Assembly: GCA_002269645.1 (NCBI GenBank)
Contig: NIVC01002022.1
Span: 117,512 to 181,511, forward strand
Length of the DNA: 64,000 bases
From: Macrostomum lignano
Taxonomy: Eukaryota
Reading direction: 5' to 3'
Made by a program: the position numbers and the translations under genes
The notes under the pieces: generated by a model
Database searches by the model: none
Seen by the model: the letters and a program-made list of their open reading frames with translations, nothing else
What the model was told of the DNA's origin: nothing
Part shown: piece after piece, positions 11,635 through 23,686 of the stretch
Layout of the letters: every line of letters starts with the position of its first letter
Numbering within the stretch: position 1 is the stretch's first letter

Positions 11635-14411
11635 ATGAAGCTGAGAACAATCGGGCCGATTGCTACATGCATATTACTTCTAACTGGTACACACGGCAGT
11701 AGCGGAAATTCTAACACTACTAAGTGTAGTAGTGTTGGCTCTGCAGTCGCAAACTGCTATTGCAGCAGAGGGTCGAGAGTCGTTGAAATTTCTCCACACG
11801 ACGCTATAGTAGAAATTTCAACTCGCTACAATGACTCCAACCAGCCCTTGCCTAGTGGCACGAACTGCAAGTTCGTCATCCCGGGCCGGGCCCATCTGCG
11901 GTATTTGATCACCGTTCTCGAGGCCCACGTGGCAGACGACGCCACCTACCTTGAAGTGACTGACGGCAACAGGACTCTGCTGCACGACGTCAATCTGCAC
12001 TTCAGCCGGCGGATGGCTATCAGCAGCGGCGGCTCCATCTCGGTGAACTTCTGGATGGGCTGGAACAGGCGACCCGGGTCAGGAGGCGGAGGCTACCGGA
12101 TTCGAATGGAGCGGTTCCGGAGCCACCACTGCCCGCCGAACTGGACTAAGGCTGCGTGGAGTGCAGAGCAGAAGTTCTGCATCAGCCCTTCATCAGCCGA
12201 TTTCCTTGGCCTGGTCGCCAACGCTACCGCTGTCGCTGATTACGTCACGGCGCAGGACATCTGCAACCGGATGAGAGCCAACCTGCTGATGCCGCCTAAG
12301 GTGACAGCTTCTTGGTTTCATTGCATTGCTTGTAAAAAAAATTATTTTTCTAGAAGAGGAACATTTGATCTGCTTTTAAAGGAACTCTTTCTGTACCCTG
12401 AAAAATATTTTGGCTGTCGCCCCTGGTGCTGGCGCCCCTGGTGCTGGCGCCCCTGGTGCTGGCGCCCCTGGTGCTGGCGCCCCTGGTGCTGGCGCCCCTG
12501 GTGCTGGCGCCCCTGGTGCTGGCGCCCCTGGTGCTGGCGCCCCTGGTGCTGGCGCCCCTGGTGCTGGCGCCCCTGGTGCTGGCGCCCCTGGTGCTGGCGC
12601 CCCTGGTGCTGGCGCCCCTGGTGCTGGCGCCCCTGGTGCTGGCGCCCCTGGTGCTGGCGCCCCTGGTGCTGGCGCCCCTGGTGCTGGCGCCCCTGGTGCT
12701 GGCGCCCCTGGTGCTGGCGCCCCTGGTGCTGGCGCCCCTGGTGCTGGCGCCCCTGGTGCTAAATTCCCTGGTGCTAAAGATCCTGGTGCTAAAGTCCCTG
12801 GTGCTAAAGCCCTGGTATTAAAGCCCCTGTTGCTAAAGCCCCTGGTGCTAAAGATCCTGGTATTAAAGCCCCTGTTGCTAAAGCCCCTGGTGCTAAATTC
12901 CCTGGTGCTAAAGCCCCTGGTGCTAAAGATCCTGGTATTAAAGCCCCTGTTGCTAAAGCCCCTGGTGCTAAAGATCCTGGTGCTAAAGCCCCTGGTGCTA
13001 AAGCCCCTGGTGCTAAAGCCCCTGGTGCTAAAGCCCTCTCAGCGGTTTATGAACCGACCAGCCATTAATTCTATTATCCACATTTGCAATTTTCAGTCCC
13101 AGCTCAAGTCAAGGCTCGGGGATCTGCAGAAACTGCTCAACTACAAAGACCTGGTGTGGATCGGCCTGATGAGCAACAGTTCAGCTGCTCCCGGCAAAAA
13201 TCTGTACTGGCTTGACAACTCACAAGAGCAACCGCAACAGTAAGAAGCCACTTATGAATACAAATTAGCTTACAATGATTTTCACCTTCACAATGTCTAA
13301 TATTTACAACCTTACAATTTACTGTATAAGTTTTCTTTTGCTGACTCTTCACAATCCCCAACCTTCACAATCCCCAACCTTCACAATCTCCAACCTTCAC
13401 AATCCCCAACCTTCACAATCTCCAACCTTCACAATTCCCAACATTCATAATCCCAAACCTTCACAACCCCCAACCTTCACAATCCCCAAACTTCACAATC
13501 TCCAACCTTCACAATCTCCAACCTTCACAATTCCCAACCTTCATAATCCCCAACCTTCACAATACCAAAGATTCACAATTCCCAACATTCATAAACCCCA
13601 TCCTTCACAATCCCCAAGTTTCACAATCCCTAACCTTCACAATCCACAAGCTTTACAATCTTCAACCTTCGCAATCCCCAACCTTCACAATCTCCAACCT
13701 TTACAATTCCCAACCTTCATAATCCCCAACCTTCACAATACCAAAGCTTCACAGTCTTCAACCTTCACAATCCACAAGCTTCACAATCCCGAAGCTTCAC
13801 AATTCCCAACATTCACAATCCCCAACCTTCCTAATCCCCAATCACCCAGAGACCCAGACTTCCTGACCTGCCGTTCGGGCTACACCTGGTCAGCTGGGTC
13901 TGCCTGTCAGTCGGGTGAGCTGTTCGGCCTGCTCCGGCCAACCCCATCAGCCTACCTACTTCTGGATCGGCCAAACGAGCAGCACTACTTTGCCTGCTCA
14001 GCGCCCATAGGCGGCACTGATGACTTCTACCCAGTGTGGCATGAGCAGTCGCTCTTTAAAGTGCAAGGTGACCCAGCTTCCAAGTCATCAGGAAGTGAAT
14101 TTAAACAATTTTTCAGTGATAATTTCAGCATCATTGTGTCCGCACTGATGCTCGCTTTGGTTGTCATGGTATCATTTGGCCTTGCCATGATTTATCGTCC
14201 TAGGATTCACAGCGGCATTCCGACTGGTGAACCAGTTCGACCTGTACAGCATCCGCCAGAAGAGGTACCCTTAATTGATAATGAAGAAGTTGAAAATCTG
14301 GCAGATGAAGAACTCTCAATTAATAACGAAAGTGCAGGAAATGTTATTGACGCCAATCAAATTGTTGATATTCATAATACTGTTAGTGATCATACATGTG
14401 CTATACAATAA
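11635..14411 (+). CDS. Type I membrane protein: signal peptide, CUB-like domain, C-type lectin-like domain, TM helix and acidic tail, about 456 aa. Exons: 11635-12300, 13097-13239, 13850-14411
   Basis: Hydrophobic N-terminus. CUB-like motifs PLPSGTNCKFVI, YLEVTDG, GGSISVNF, GYRI. CTLD-like motifs CPPNW, AQDICNRM..LLMP, VWIGL, YWLD, HYFAC. TM segment IIVSALMLALVVMVSFGLAMIY. GT-AG introns in phases 0 and 2 join in frame (1371 nt). Confidence 0.8.
12415..13035. repeat. 15-bp minisatellite (GCGCCCCTGGTGCTG grading into AAAGCCCCTGGTGCT) in intron 1 of the CUB-CTLD gene
   Basis: Direct periodicity, lying between donor 12301 and acceptor 13096. Confidence 0.92.
13345..13845. repeat. Degenerate 16-bp minisatellite (CCCCAACCTTCACAAT) in intron 2 of the CUB-CTLD gene
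   Basis: Direct periodicity. Confidence 0.88.
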
Positions 14412-14489
14412 TAATCACATTATAAACTTTAGGGGTTTCTCTTAGCCATAGACAATAATCGATCTTGCATGCTTCGGAGGCTTTGCTTT

Positions 14490-15360
14490 GACTGTTTGAC
14501 TATATAATCAATACTGCGCACTTTGTGGTTTTGTTTGGCCATAGACAATAGTCAATCCTGCACACTTTTGTGGTTTTGTTTGGCCATTGACAATAGTCAA
14601 TCCTGCACACTTTTGTGGTTTTGTTTGGCCATAGACAATAGTCAATCCTGCACACTTTTGGGGGTTTTGTTTGGCCATTGACAATAGTCAATCCTGCACA
14701 CTTTTGGGGGTTTTGTTTGGCCATTGACAATAGTCAATCCTGCACACTTTTGGGGGGTTTTGTTTGGCCATTGACAATAGTCAATCCTGCACACTTTTGG
14801 GGGGTTTTGTTTGGCCATTGACAATAGTCAATCCTGCACACTTTTGTGGTTTTGTTTGGCCATTGACAATATTCGATCCCGCACACTTTTGTGGTTTTTT
14901 TTGGCCATAGACAATATTCGATCCTGCACACTTTTGTGGTTTTGTTTGGCCATAGACAATATTCGATCCTGCACACTTTTGTGGTTTTTTTTTGGCCATA
15001 GACAATATTCGATCCTGCACACTTTTGTGGTTTTGTTTGGCCATAGACAATATTCGATCCTGCACACTTTTGTGGTTTTGTTTGGCCATAGACAATATTC
15101 GATCCTGCACACTTTTGTGGTTTTGTTTGGCCATAGACAATATTCGATCCTGCACACTTTTGTGGTTTTGTTTGGCCATAGACAATATTCGATCCTGCAC
15201 ACTTTTGTGGTTTTGTTTGGCCATAGACAATATTCGATCCTGCACACTTTTGTGGTTTTGTTTGGCCATAGACAATATTCGATCCTGCACACTTTTGTGG
15301 TTTTGTTTGGCCATAGACAATAGTCGATCCTGCACACTTTTGTGGTTTTGTTTCGCCATA
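14490..15360. repeat. 45-bp minisatellite (TTGGCCATAGACAATATTCGATCCTGCACACTTTTGTGGTTTTGT), about 19 copies
   Basis: Direct periodicity. Confidence 0.95.
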
Positions 15361-15737
15361 GATGATAATATATTTTGCTTTTTGGGTTAAACTGTATAAA
15401 TGAATTGAACTTTTAAACGGCACGTAAAGACGATTAGTACTACATTCGGTATTACGAGTAGATGTAAACTTGCGGATGAACTAAAACAGATATGCTTGTT
15501 TTGTAAGATATAAAGTGCGTCGCAAATGTACACATTACCAATAAAATATGCTACCGGATACCTAAGATTCCGTACGTACAGTAAAACAGTTTGCATAAAT
15601 TGATTTTGATCTTCCATCAATCAATTTTGCTAATTCTCACGATGACCCAGATGACTTTGAATTTTAATTTCGTGCTCAACTTGCATGCAGTCTGCGTTGC
15701 TTTAGTAACTCAAAGTGAATTGTTAGGAAAACTTTGC

Positions 15738-16799
15738 TTAGGAACCGCCACTGCCCGCCGCACTGGACTAAGGCTCCCTGGAGTGCCAGCAACCAGAAGC
15801 TCTGCATCAGCCCCTCATCGGCTGATTTCCTTGGCCTGGTCGCTAACACTGCCGCTGTCACTGATTACGTCACGGCGCAGTACATCTGCAACCTGCTGAT
15901 GCCGCCTAGGGTGACAGCCTCTTGGTTTCATTGCATTGTTTGTGAAAATAAGAGTCTCGTGTAAATTTTTTCTACTAAAATAGATGACCATTTGGTCTGC
16001 TTTTAGAAGAACTGTTGCCGTCCCAAAAAATTTATTTTGTCTGGCGCCAGTGGTGCTAAAGCCCCTGGTGCTAAAGACCCTGGTGCTAAAGACCCTGGTG
16101 CTAAAGCCTTTGTTGCCAAAGCCCCTGGTGCTAAAGCCCCTGTTGCTAAAGCCCCTGTTGCTAAAGCCCCTGGTGCTAAAGACCCTGGTACTAAAGCCCC
16201 TGGAGCTAAAGACCCTGGTGCTAAAGCCCCTGGTGCTAAAGCCCCTGGTGCTAAAGCCCCTGGTGCTAAAGCCCCTGGTGCTAAAGCCCCTGGTGCTAAA
16301 GCCGGGCTACACCTGGTCAGCTGGGTCGGCCTGTCAGTCGGGTGAGCTGTTCGGCCTGCTCCGGCCAACACCATCAGCCTACCTCCTTCTGGATCGGCCA
16401 AACGAGCAGCACTACTTTGCCTGCTCAGCGCCCATAGGCGGCACTGATGACTTCTACCCAGTGTGGCTGGAGCAGTCGCTCTTTAAAGTGCAAGGTGACC
16501 CAGCTTCCAAGTCATCAGGAAGTGAATTTAAACAATTTTTCAGTGATAATTTCAGCATCATTGTGTCCGCACTGATGCTCGCTTTGGTTGTCATGGTATC
16601 ATTTGGCCTTGCCATGATTTATCGTCCTAGGATTCACAGCGGCATTCCGACTGGTGAAAGGGTTGGAGCTGAACCACATCCGCAACGGCGACCCTCAAAT
16701 GTTGACGATATGGAAGAATCAACAGAATCAGCACATCATGACGCCAATCAGAGTGTTGTTGATGCTCTAATTCCTAATCATCATACGCTGGTACAATAA
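15738..16799 (+). pseudogene. Partial, internally deleted copy of the CUB-CTLD-TM gene: end of exon 1, intron-1 15-bp repeat, and most of exon 3
   Basis: 15738-15910 resembles 12121-12300 with a 15-bp deletion. The 15-bp repeat joins directly to exon-3 sequence at about 16303. Exon 2, the signal peptide and the CUB domain are absent. Confidence 0.8.
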
Positions 16800-16881
16800 T
16801 AATCACATCTCTTTCATAAGTCACATCACATATAATAAATTTGTATATTTATGATAATAATCATAACTCACCTTCCCTCAA

Positions 16882-17064
16882 TGTCGTAGTTTGAACGAAA
16901 CTGTCGGCAGAGTTTATTCAAGCATAGAAAGTTATAACATAAGTGGGAGGCTGAGAACGAAAGCTTAAGAACATATAGCTGGTTGCTACCATAGACATAA
17001 CGAGGATATGGGTAAAGTGGGTAAAGTGTAACAACGCTAGCTCTAGCTAGCAGCCACTACCACA
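16882..17064 (-). repeat. 3' LTR of the gypsy element (183 bp)
   Basis: Direct repeat, preceded on minus by a short purine-rich tract (GACGGGGACA). Confidence 0.93.
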
Positions 17065-17196
17065 TGTCCCCGTCTGCAACGGAAGACGATGGATAACGAC
17101 GTACGCAAGACAGTAAAACAAACAAACTTTAAGAACTAGCTAGTAAACTTCGCAAAGTCAGTGAAGTAACGCGATCACGGTTTACTCAGTCTGAGC

Positions 17197-20100
17197 CTAC
17201 AGCACAAGGCGATTTGGGGGATTCCTCACCCTAGTGCTTCTTCTTGTCGGAGCGATCTCTGGTGGAATCTCAGGCATATTAGTTTGTGGTTGTTGGTGAA
17301 CTTCCTCTTCTTCCTCATCGGCTTCAGAGGCAGGAGCCAGCGGGCCGAATTGATTGTTTGAAGCCAGGTGTAGTTTGGCGCCCGTCAGTAGCCAGGAGGT
17401 GTTGCGCCCTTGCGTCATCAGGAACTCAGCTCGAGAGCTGGTGGTGTCGCCGTTGGCCTTAAACTGCACCGGGTCGCCATGCTGGAAGGTGGAGACCACC
17501 GGAACTCGAAGTCGCCGTCCTAGCACGAGCTCGGCAGGGGTTCGTCCGCGTGAAGTTGAAGAATTGCGATGATGTAGCAGAGCCCTCTGCAAAAAAGCGA
17601 TAAAGCTGCCATGTGTTAGACGCTGGGTCCATGCCCACAAGGCCTTCTTGACAGTCTGGACGGCTCGCTCAGCTGCACCATTAGATTGAGGGGAATATGG
17701 AGGGCTCTCCGTCTTACGAGCATCGTTCTTTTCCAACCAGGCCAATAGTGGAGCCGAGGTGAACTCCGCTGCGTTGTCTGAGACAACCAGCTCCGGAACA
17801 CCAAAACGAGTAAAAACTGTTCGCAATGAGGTGATGACGCTGTCTGCCGATCTGTCTTTTGTCGGGAAAGCTTCGATCCAGCCCGAGTACGCATCAACCA
17901 CAATGAGAATGTTGCCGACGGCTGGTACAAAAGCCCAGTCCATGTGCACTCTTTGAAATGGAGCGGTGGCAGGTGGCCAAGTGTCCCGAGTTTTTTTGTA
18001 GACGAGGTCTTAACTGAGTGCATGCCTGGCATTGATGAACGAATTGCTCCACAGTTCTCTGCATACCGGGCCACCAACAGGTCTGTGCAAGCAACTTGTA
18101 GGCTGCGTTGGAACCCGTGTGAGTGTCATGCACTGCGTCGAAGGCCTCTCGTCTGAGCCTTGGTGGAATGAATGCTCGGCGGCGCATGTACATCAGGCCA
18201 TTCTCTAGGGTCAGGCATTCCGCGACTTTCTTAAAGGCTGCCTCTTGCTTGTGTACAGTCTTGCCAGTCTCCAGACCGAATGCGGCGAACTATTCGTTGA
18301 AGGAGTCTGTCTGACTCAATTTCGGATATTATTCTGTGTGGATCGATGGTAGGTGATTCAAAGGCAACGCAGTTTACCGCCTAAAAGGTACTACCAGGCT
18401 CAAGATCCGCGTTTTCGAACCGGAGTTGGGAGAGCGCGTCGGCATGCGGAATTTTTGTCCCTTGTAAGTATTCCAGAGTGAAGTCAAATTGCATTAGAAA
18501 CAGCGCCCATCGGCTGATTCTGGAAGAGGTGCGCAATGGAATGCTGCCACCAAAGAGGCGAAGCAACGGTTGGTGGTCAGTCCGAATGGTGAACTTTCGG
18601 CCTTGCAGATAGTGTGCCAACCTATGGATTGCCCAGAAAATCGCCAGGGCCTCTCGTTCAATGTTTGAGTAGTTAGCTTCTGCGGATGAGAGTCCTGGAG
18701 ATGTAAATCACGGGGTGCCCGTCCTGGATCAAAACAGCCGCAAGCGCACCTTTAGAGGCGTCAGTGGTTAGAGTGGCCTCTTTTTCCAGGCTGTAAGGCT
18801 GCACCACAGGCCTGGATGAGATTTCTCGCTTGAGCCCCTCAAATGCGTGAGTGCACTCATCGGACCAGTCGAAGGGCGAGTTTGCCTTCCGAAGGCCATT
18901 GAATGGAGCGACTTTGGCGGAAAAATTAGGTATCAGACGGCCAAAAAAATTTACTAGACCAAGGAACTGCTCAACTTCCTTCTTGGAGCTGGGAGCGGCG
19001 ATGTGACGGATCTTGTCAACTAAGCGGTCATCAGGCTGAATCCCAGATGCGGAGATTTTGAATCCAAGAAAGGAAATTTCATCGCAAATGTTTATGGAAT
19101 TGCTTTCGTTGATGGTCACTTTCTTCTCTGCGAGCCTGGTTTTGACCGCCTTCAGCCGCCTACCTAGTGCTTCGGAATTCTCTGCAAAGACTAGGACATC
19201 ATCTTGGTAGACAAGGATACCTTTGAGGTCAGATAGAATATTCTCCATGGCCCTTTGAAAAATAAAAGAGGCATTTTTCATGCCCATTTGTAGGCGTTTG
19301 ACACGGTAGAGGCCGCGTGAGGTATTGATCACTGATAGTTCCTCTGCAGATTCATCGAGAGCTATTTGCCAATAGGCAGAGCGCAAGTCTATTTTCGCAA
19401 ACTTTTTTGCGTTTTTGAGCTTGGCGAATAGGTGCTCAATCGAGGGGATTGGATAGGACTCCGACTTGATTTTCCCATTGACGTGCATTTTGTAATCGGC
19501 ACACATGCGCAGCGAGCCATCTTTCTTCTTAACCCAAACAACAGGCGATGCGTTGCTTACGGGGCCATCAATGGGCTCGATGACGCCCAGCTGCTGCAGT
19601 CTCTCTAGCTCGGCATTAACTTGTGGCTCCAGCGCAAGTGGAACTGGACGAGCGCGGCAGAACTGCGGCCTGGCTGGCACCTTCAATCAGTTCCATGCTC
19701 GCTTTGATGCCCTTGATGGTCGGCAGTGGTTCATTGGCAGGCGCCGCTGTGGCAGTGGTGGCTGCGTGGAATACGGCGTCGCATTCTAGAAGATCGCGTC
19801 CTAGCAGGCTGAATGTCTTTGAAGATGAAACCACCATCAGCTCAGCTGGATGAATTCGACCGCGCATCTCGACGGTGGTAGACAGCTTTCCCAATGTCTT
19901 TAGGATGTGGTCATCATATGCCTCGAGTCGCCGATGATACTTGTCCAATTTGGGGCATTGCAGCGATTCCCAGAGGTGGCTAGAAAGCACTGAAACTGAA
20001 GCTCCGGTGTCGATCTGCATCGGAATAGCGACACCGTTGATCAGCACAGTTTCTGTCGTTACCGAAACAGCATGGATGGGATCTACGTCTGTCAGATGGA

Positions 20101-20966
20101 GTACATCAGAGGCGTCGGAGTCCGAGGTTACAAGTTTCGTGTCCATATGGTTGACCTGTTTGACGCCACGAAGTTGCGACGCCACTGGAGCGGCACACGG
20201 ATCCATAGTGGTTGCGCTTGTTGCATATATTGCATGTCTTGCCGTAAGCCGGGCATTTGCCAGCTGGGTGAGATCTGCCACAAAACTTGCAGTCGCCTAT
20301 ATGCCGTTCATGGGACATGGTCACGCTACCGCCTCGATGCTGCCGAGCTCCCTTCCCTGCGAAGTTGATGGAGTGTCCTTCTTGGGTAGGCTCTGTGTCA
20401 GCGTTTCGAAGATCCCTGCTGTCTACGAACTTCGTCACTTATTCGATAGTCCTGACTATATCCACGATTTCGGTGATCTTCAAGTCTTTCGTTTGCATGG
20501 CTCCCAGAATGCGTCGTTGATCTTCTGGGTTCTGTAAGCCAGAGATGAGCATCAGACGTACCATTCCTCTTCCGGGCTGGTGCAGGTTTTTAGAGCATCG
20601 AACTCGCAGTGCGTGGCCCCTTCCTCAAGCGAGAAAGGAACTCCGTAATGGGCTCATCGGCAGCTTGACGTAGCGTGAAGAATTTAGTTCTCTCAGCAAC
20701 GACAAGGTACTTTTGAGGTTGCAGAAAGTTCACATGGCAGTCTCCAGCTCCGCAAAAGTGTGTGCTTCCACTTCTTTCGGTGCGACAAGATGAGTATTTT
20801 TTTCGAGAGCTGCTAGCCCACAGAGCGCTATAAAGTTGTCCGTGATTTGTCGATCTGTTTCTTTATCTTCCCACTTCTTGGTTCGACCCAAGGCTTTGAA
20901 TGCTTTAATCCAGGTTAATGCATGAACCGTGTCAGCAAGGTCCAGATTGCCAAGCCGCGACGCCAT
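17197..20966 (-). pseudogene. Disrupted gag-pol of the gypsy element (gag 20966-20100, PR about 20280-19700, RT/RH 19686-18300, IN about 18190-17197)
   Basis: Domains are split across successive minus-strand ORFs by frameshifts and stops. Confidence 0.9.
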
Positions 20967-21153
20967 TGTCGTAGTTTGAACGAAGCTGTCCGCAGAGTTT
21001 ATTCAAGCATAGAAAGTTATAACATAAGTGGGAGGCTGAGAACGAAAGCTTAAGAACATATAGCTGGTTGCTACCATAGACATAACGAGGATATGGGTAA
21101 AGTGGGTAAAGTGCAACAACGCTAGCTCTAGCTAGCAGCCACTATGTACCACA
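20967..21153 (-). repeat. 5' LTR of the gypsy element
   Basis: Direct repeat of 16882-17064 with a few substitutions and a 4-bp insertion. Confidence 0.93.
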
Positions 21154-21284
21154 CTCAACTCTAGAAGCTGCGCGGGCCTGGACTCACCTGGACTCGCTGG
21201 CCCGGAACTATTTTTTCAGGCAATTTTAGTGCGAATATTCGCGATACACTACTTACAAAAAGTAAAGTAATGCTGGGAAGAGAC

Positions 21285-21965
21285 GAGACCTGTGAGAAAT
21301 GAGACAGAAGAGAGATGAGACAGGAGAGAAATGAGACAAGGGAGAGATGAGACAGGAGAGAGATGAGACAGGAGAGAGATGAGACAGGGGAGAGATGAGA
21401 CAGGAGAGAGATGAGACAGGATTGAGATGGGACAGGAGAGAAAGATGAGACAGGTTAGAGTTGAGATGGCGTCAAAAGAGATGAGACAGGAGAGAGATGA
21501 GACAGGGGAGAGATGAGACAGGGGAGAGATGAGACAAGGGAGAGAGATGAGAGAGGAGAGAGATGAGACAAGGGAGAGAGATGAGAGAGGAGAGAGATGA
21601 GACAGGGGAGAGATGAGACAGGGGAGAGATGAGACAAGGGAGAGAGATGAGAGAGGAGAGAGATGAGACAGGGGAGAGATGAGACAGGGGAGAGATGAGA
21701 CAAGGGAGAGAGATGAGAGAGGAGAGAGATGAGACAGGGGAGAGATGAGACAGGGGAGAGATGAGACAGGGGAGAGATGAGACAAGGGAGAGAGATGAGA
21801 GAGGTGAGAGATGAGACAAGGGAGAGAGATGAGAGAGGAGAGAGATACGACAGAGAGAGATGAGACAGGGAAGCGATGAGACAGGAGAGAGATGAGACAG
21901 GAGAGAGATGAGACAGGATTGAGATGGGACAGGAGAGAAAGATGAGACAGGTTAGAGTTGAGATG
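21285..21965. repeat. Purine-rich 15-17-bp minisatellite (GGAGAGATGAGACAG)
   Basis: Direct periodicity. Same family as 28640-30110. Confidence 0.92.
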
Positions 21966-22119
21966 GCGTCAACACGCCATCTGTTGATGGTGTGGGCTCT
22001 CCATTGGCAGTGTTGGCTCTCTGGTGATGGATCAATAGTCAATTGCATTTTGCTTTATCTAACTCGTAGAATTCAATGCTTAAGCTTGTATACACACACC
22101 GGGATAGCAATGGATAAAT

Positions 22120-22213
22120 AATCAGCGGTCCCAGTGCGTGACAACGATTGTCTGGCGAGCGCCGGTAGGCGCGAGCCATAGACAATCGTTGTCACGCACT
22201 GCGACCGCTGATT
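22120..22213. other. Near-perfect 94-bp hairpin (34-bp arms with one mismatch)
   Basis: AATCAGCGGTCCCAGTGCGTGACAACGATTGTCT pairs with AGACAATCGTTGTCACGCACTGCGACCGCTGATT. Inner GCGCC-GGTA-GGCGC. Confidence 0.9.
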
Positions 22214-22485
22214 CTTTGCATTGTTTTTCTGTTTGACGATCCTACAGACAATGCATTGTTTGTAGTAATGGATTGTTCTGCATTAAAAATGTGAATAATG
22301 ATCGTCAAATTGCTAAACAATGGTGTGGCCTCGGTTTTATTGTATTTTTCACCTAACTATCTGAACCTGATTTGCGCTCGTCTATACTTTATTAGATCAG
22401 ATGCGCTTGAAGATGCTTGTTTAGCAAAAGATAGAAACTATTTCAGGCTATTTATATTTAAAACCTTTTCGCGCCGGAGCTAGAA

Positions 22486-22975
22486 ATACAGAAGCTCCGT
22501 TCCTGCCGACATGGTCAGCTGGGCTGGCCATAGACTATAGCTAGAATCTTAATGCGCCGCTGTGCAAAGCCTTTCTAGCCGAGAAGGGAGCATTTTATAC
22601 TTGGCTTGGATAAATCTAGGGTCGAAAAAGCAGTTTCAAAGTGCATTTTTCTTAATGCTCTCTATATAGATTATGCAGTGTGTACACTCGAAATCTAGCA
22701 ATAGACACTACAGTTCACTTTAAAATCTGCAAACAGGCCTTTTTGAAAGAGAAAGCACTGCACCTCCTTAATACGAGTAGTGTATCATTTTATTGAAAAG
22801 TAAATCAGCTACAACCATGAAAATTTTGCATTCATCGGATTCTGAGACTGATGATGTCATCACAGAGAATGCTGAAACCGAGTCGCTGCATTCCATTGCA
22901 GATAAGTGGGACTTTTTTCACCCATTTTTCGTATGATCAGCGCTGCTGACCATGCTCGGCAGGAACGGCTACTGT
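22486..22975. mobile_element. Putative MITE or non-autonomous DNA transposon
   Basis: Inverted repeats CCGTTCCTGCCGA(G)CATGGTCAGC at 22497-22519 and 22945-22968. No coding capacity. TSD not resolved. Confidence 0.5.
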
Positions 22976-23477
22976 GCAGCACATAAATTTTCTTTCACTA
23001 TAGACTCCAAAAAATTACCAGCAGTAAAGGCTGTTAGTCCATGTTCAGCTCTGCTGACCATCCGGCAGGTTAAAGTTAATGGGTTTGTATCATTTTTTAC
23101 TTGTACAAACGCCTTGTGTATGTTGTAACGAGTACATATTTATTTTGGAATAGATTTTTTGCTGCAGTGGAACGGAACTTTTTAAGTGCAAAATTAGTGC
23201 AAAACGCTAGGAGTGTAACAAATTTGAATTTAAAATTAACAGAAGTGAAAGAGATAAAAAGCAATAAAATTAAGTGGTGTAATTTTTTGTGCACTCAATC
23301 AGAATAAGAAATTGGGGTTATAATTAGCTGTAAGGTTTGGATTTTGTAACGCGATTTACTATCGAGGGCAGTTTAACAATAGATAAATTAAACAATTAGT
23401 TAAAGCTGAATCACCCAGGTCGCTTCCTGTTATTCACTTTTTGTGGATTTTTTTATGCCTACTAAGCTTTGATTTGC

Positions 23478-23654
23478 TCACTTCTTTGTTGCAAATGGGG
23501 CACAGACATCTTTCACCTTTGAATGCTGCCCCGGCATTGCCTCCTCCTCTTCCCCCTCCTCCTCCTCCTCCTCCTCCTCCTCCTCTTCCTCCTCCTCCTC
23601 CTCCTCCTCTTCCCCTCCTCCTCCTCCTCCTCCTCCTCCTCCTCCTCCTCTTCC

Positions 23655-23686
<32 letters not shown>

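Larger units (their letters stand above)
16882..21153 (-). mobile_element. Ty3/gypsy LTR retrotransposon (Mag-like), structurally complete but frameshifted
   Basis: LTRs at 16882-17064 and 20967-21153 are nearly identical with TG...CA ends. TSD CTCAA at 16877-16881 and 21154-21158. Domains: gag with CCHC knuckles (CKFCGRSH..C, CNICNKRNH..VC), PR (IDTGAS), RT (YQDD), RH (TTDASK), IN (H..H..C..C, HMD, SDNA, SNGAAE). Confidence 0.95.

Noticed and set aside
12410-13243. Collagen/elastin-like GAPGA, RPWCW or LAPLV ORFs
   Set aside because: All are readings of the 15-bp intronic repeat between a good donor and acceptor.
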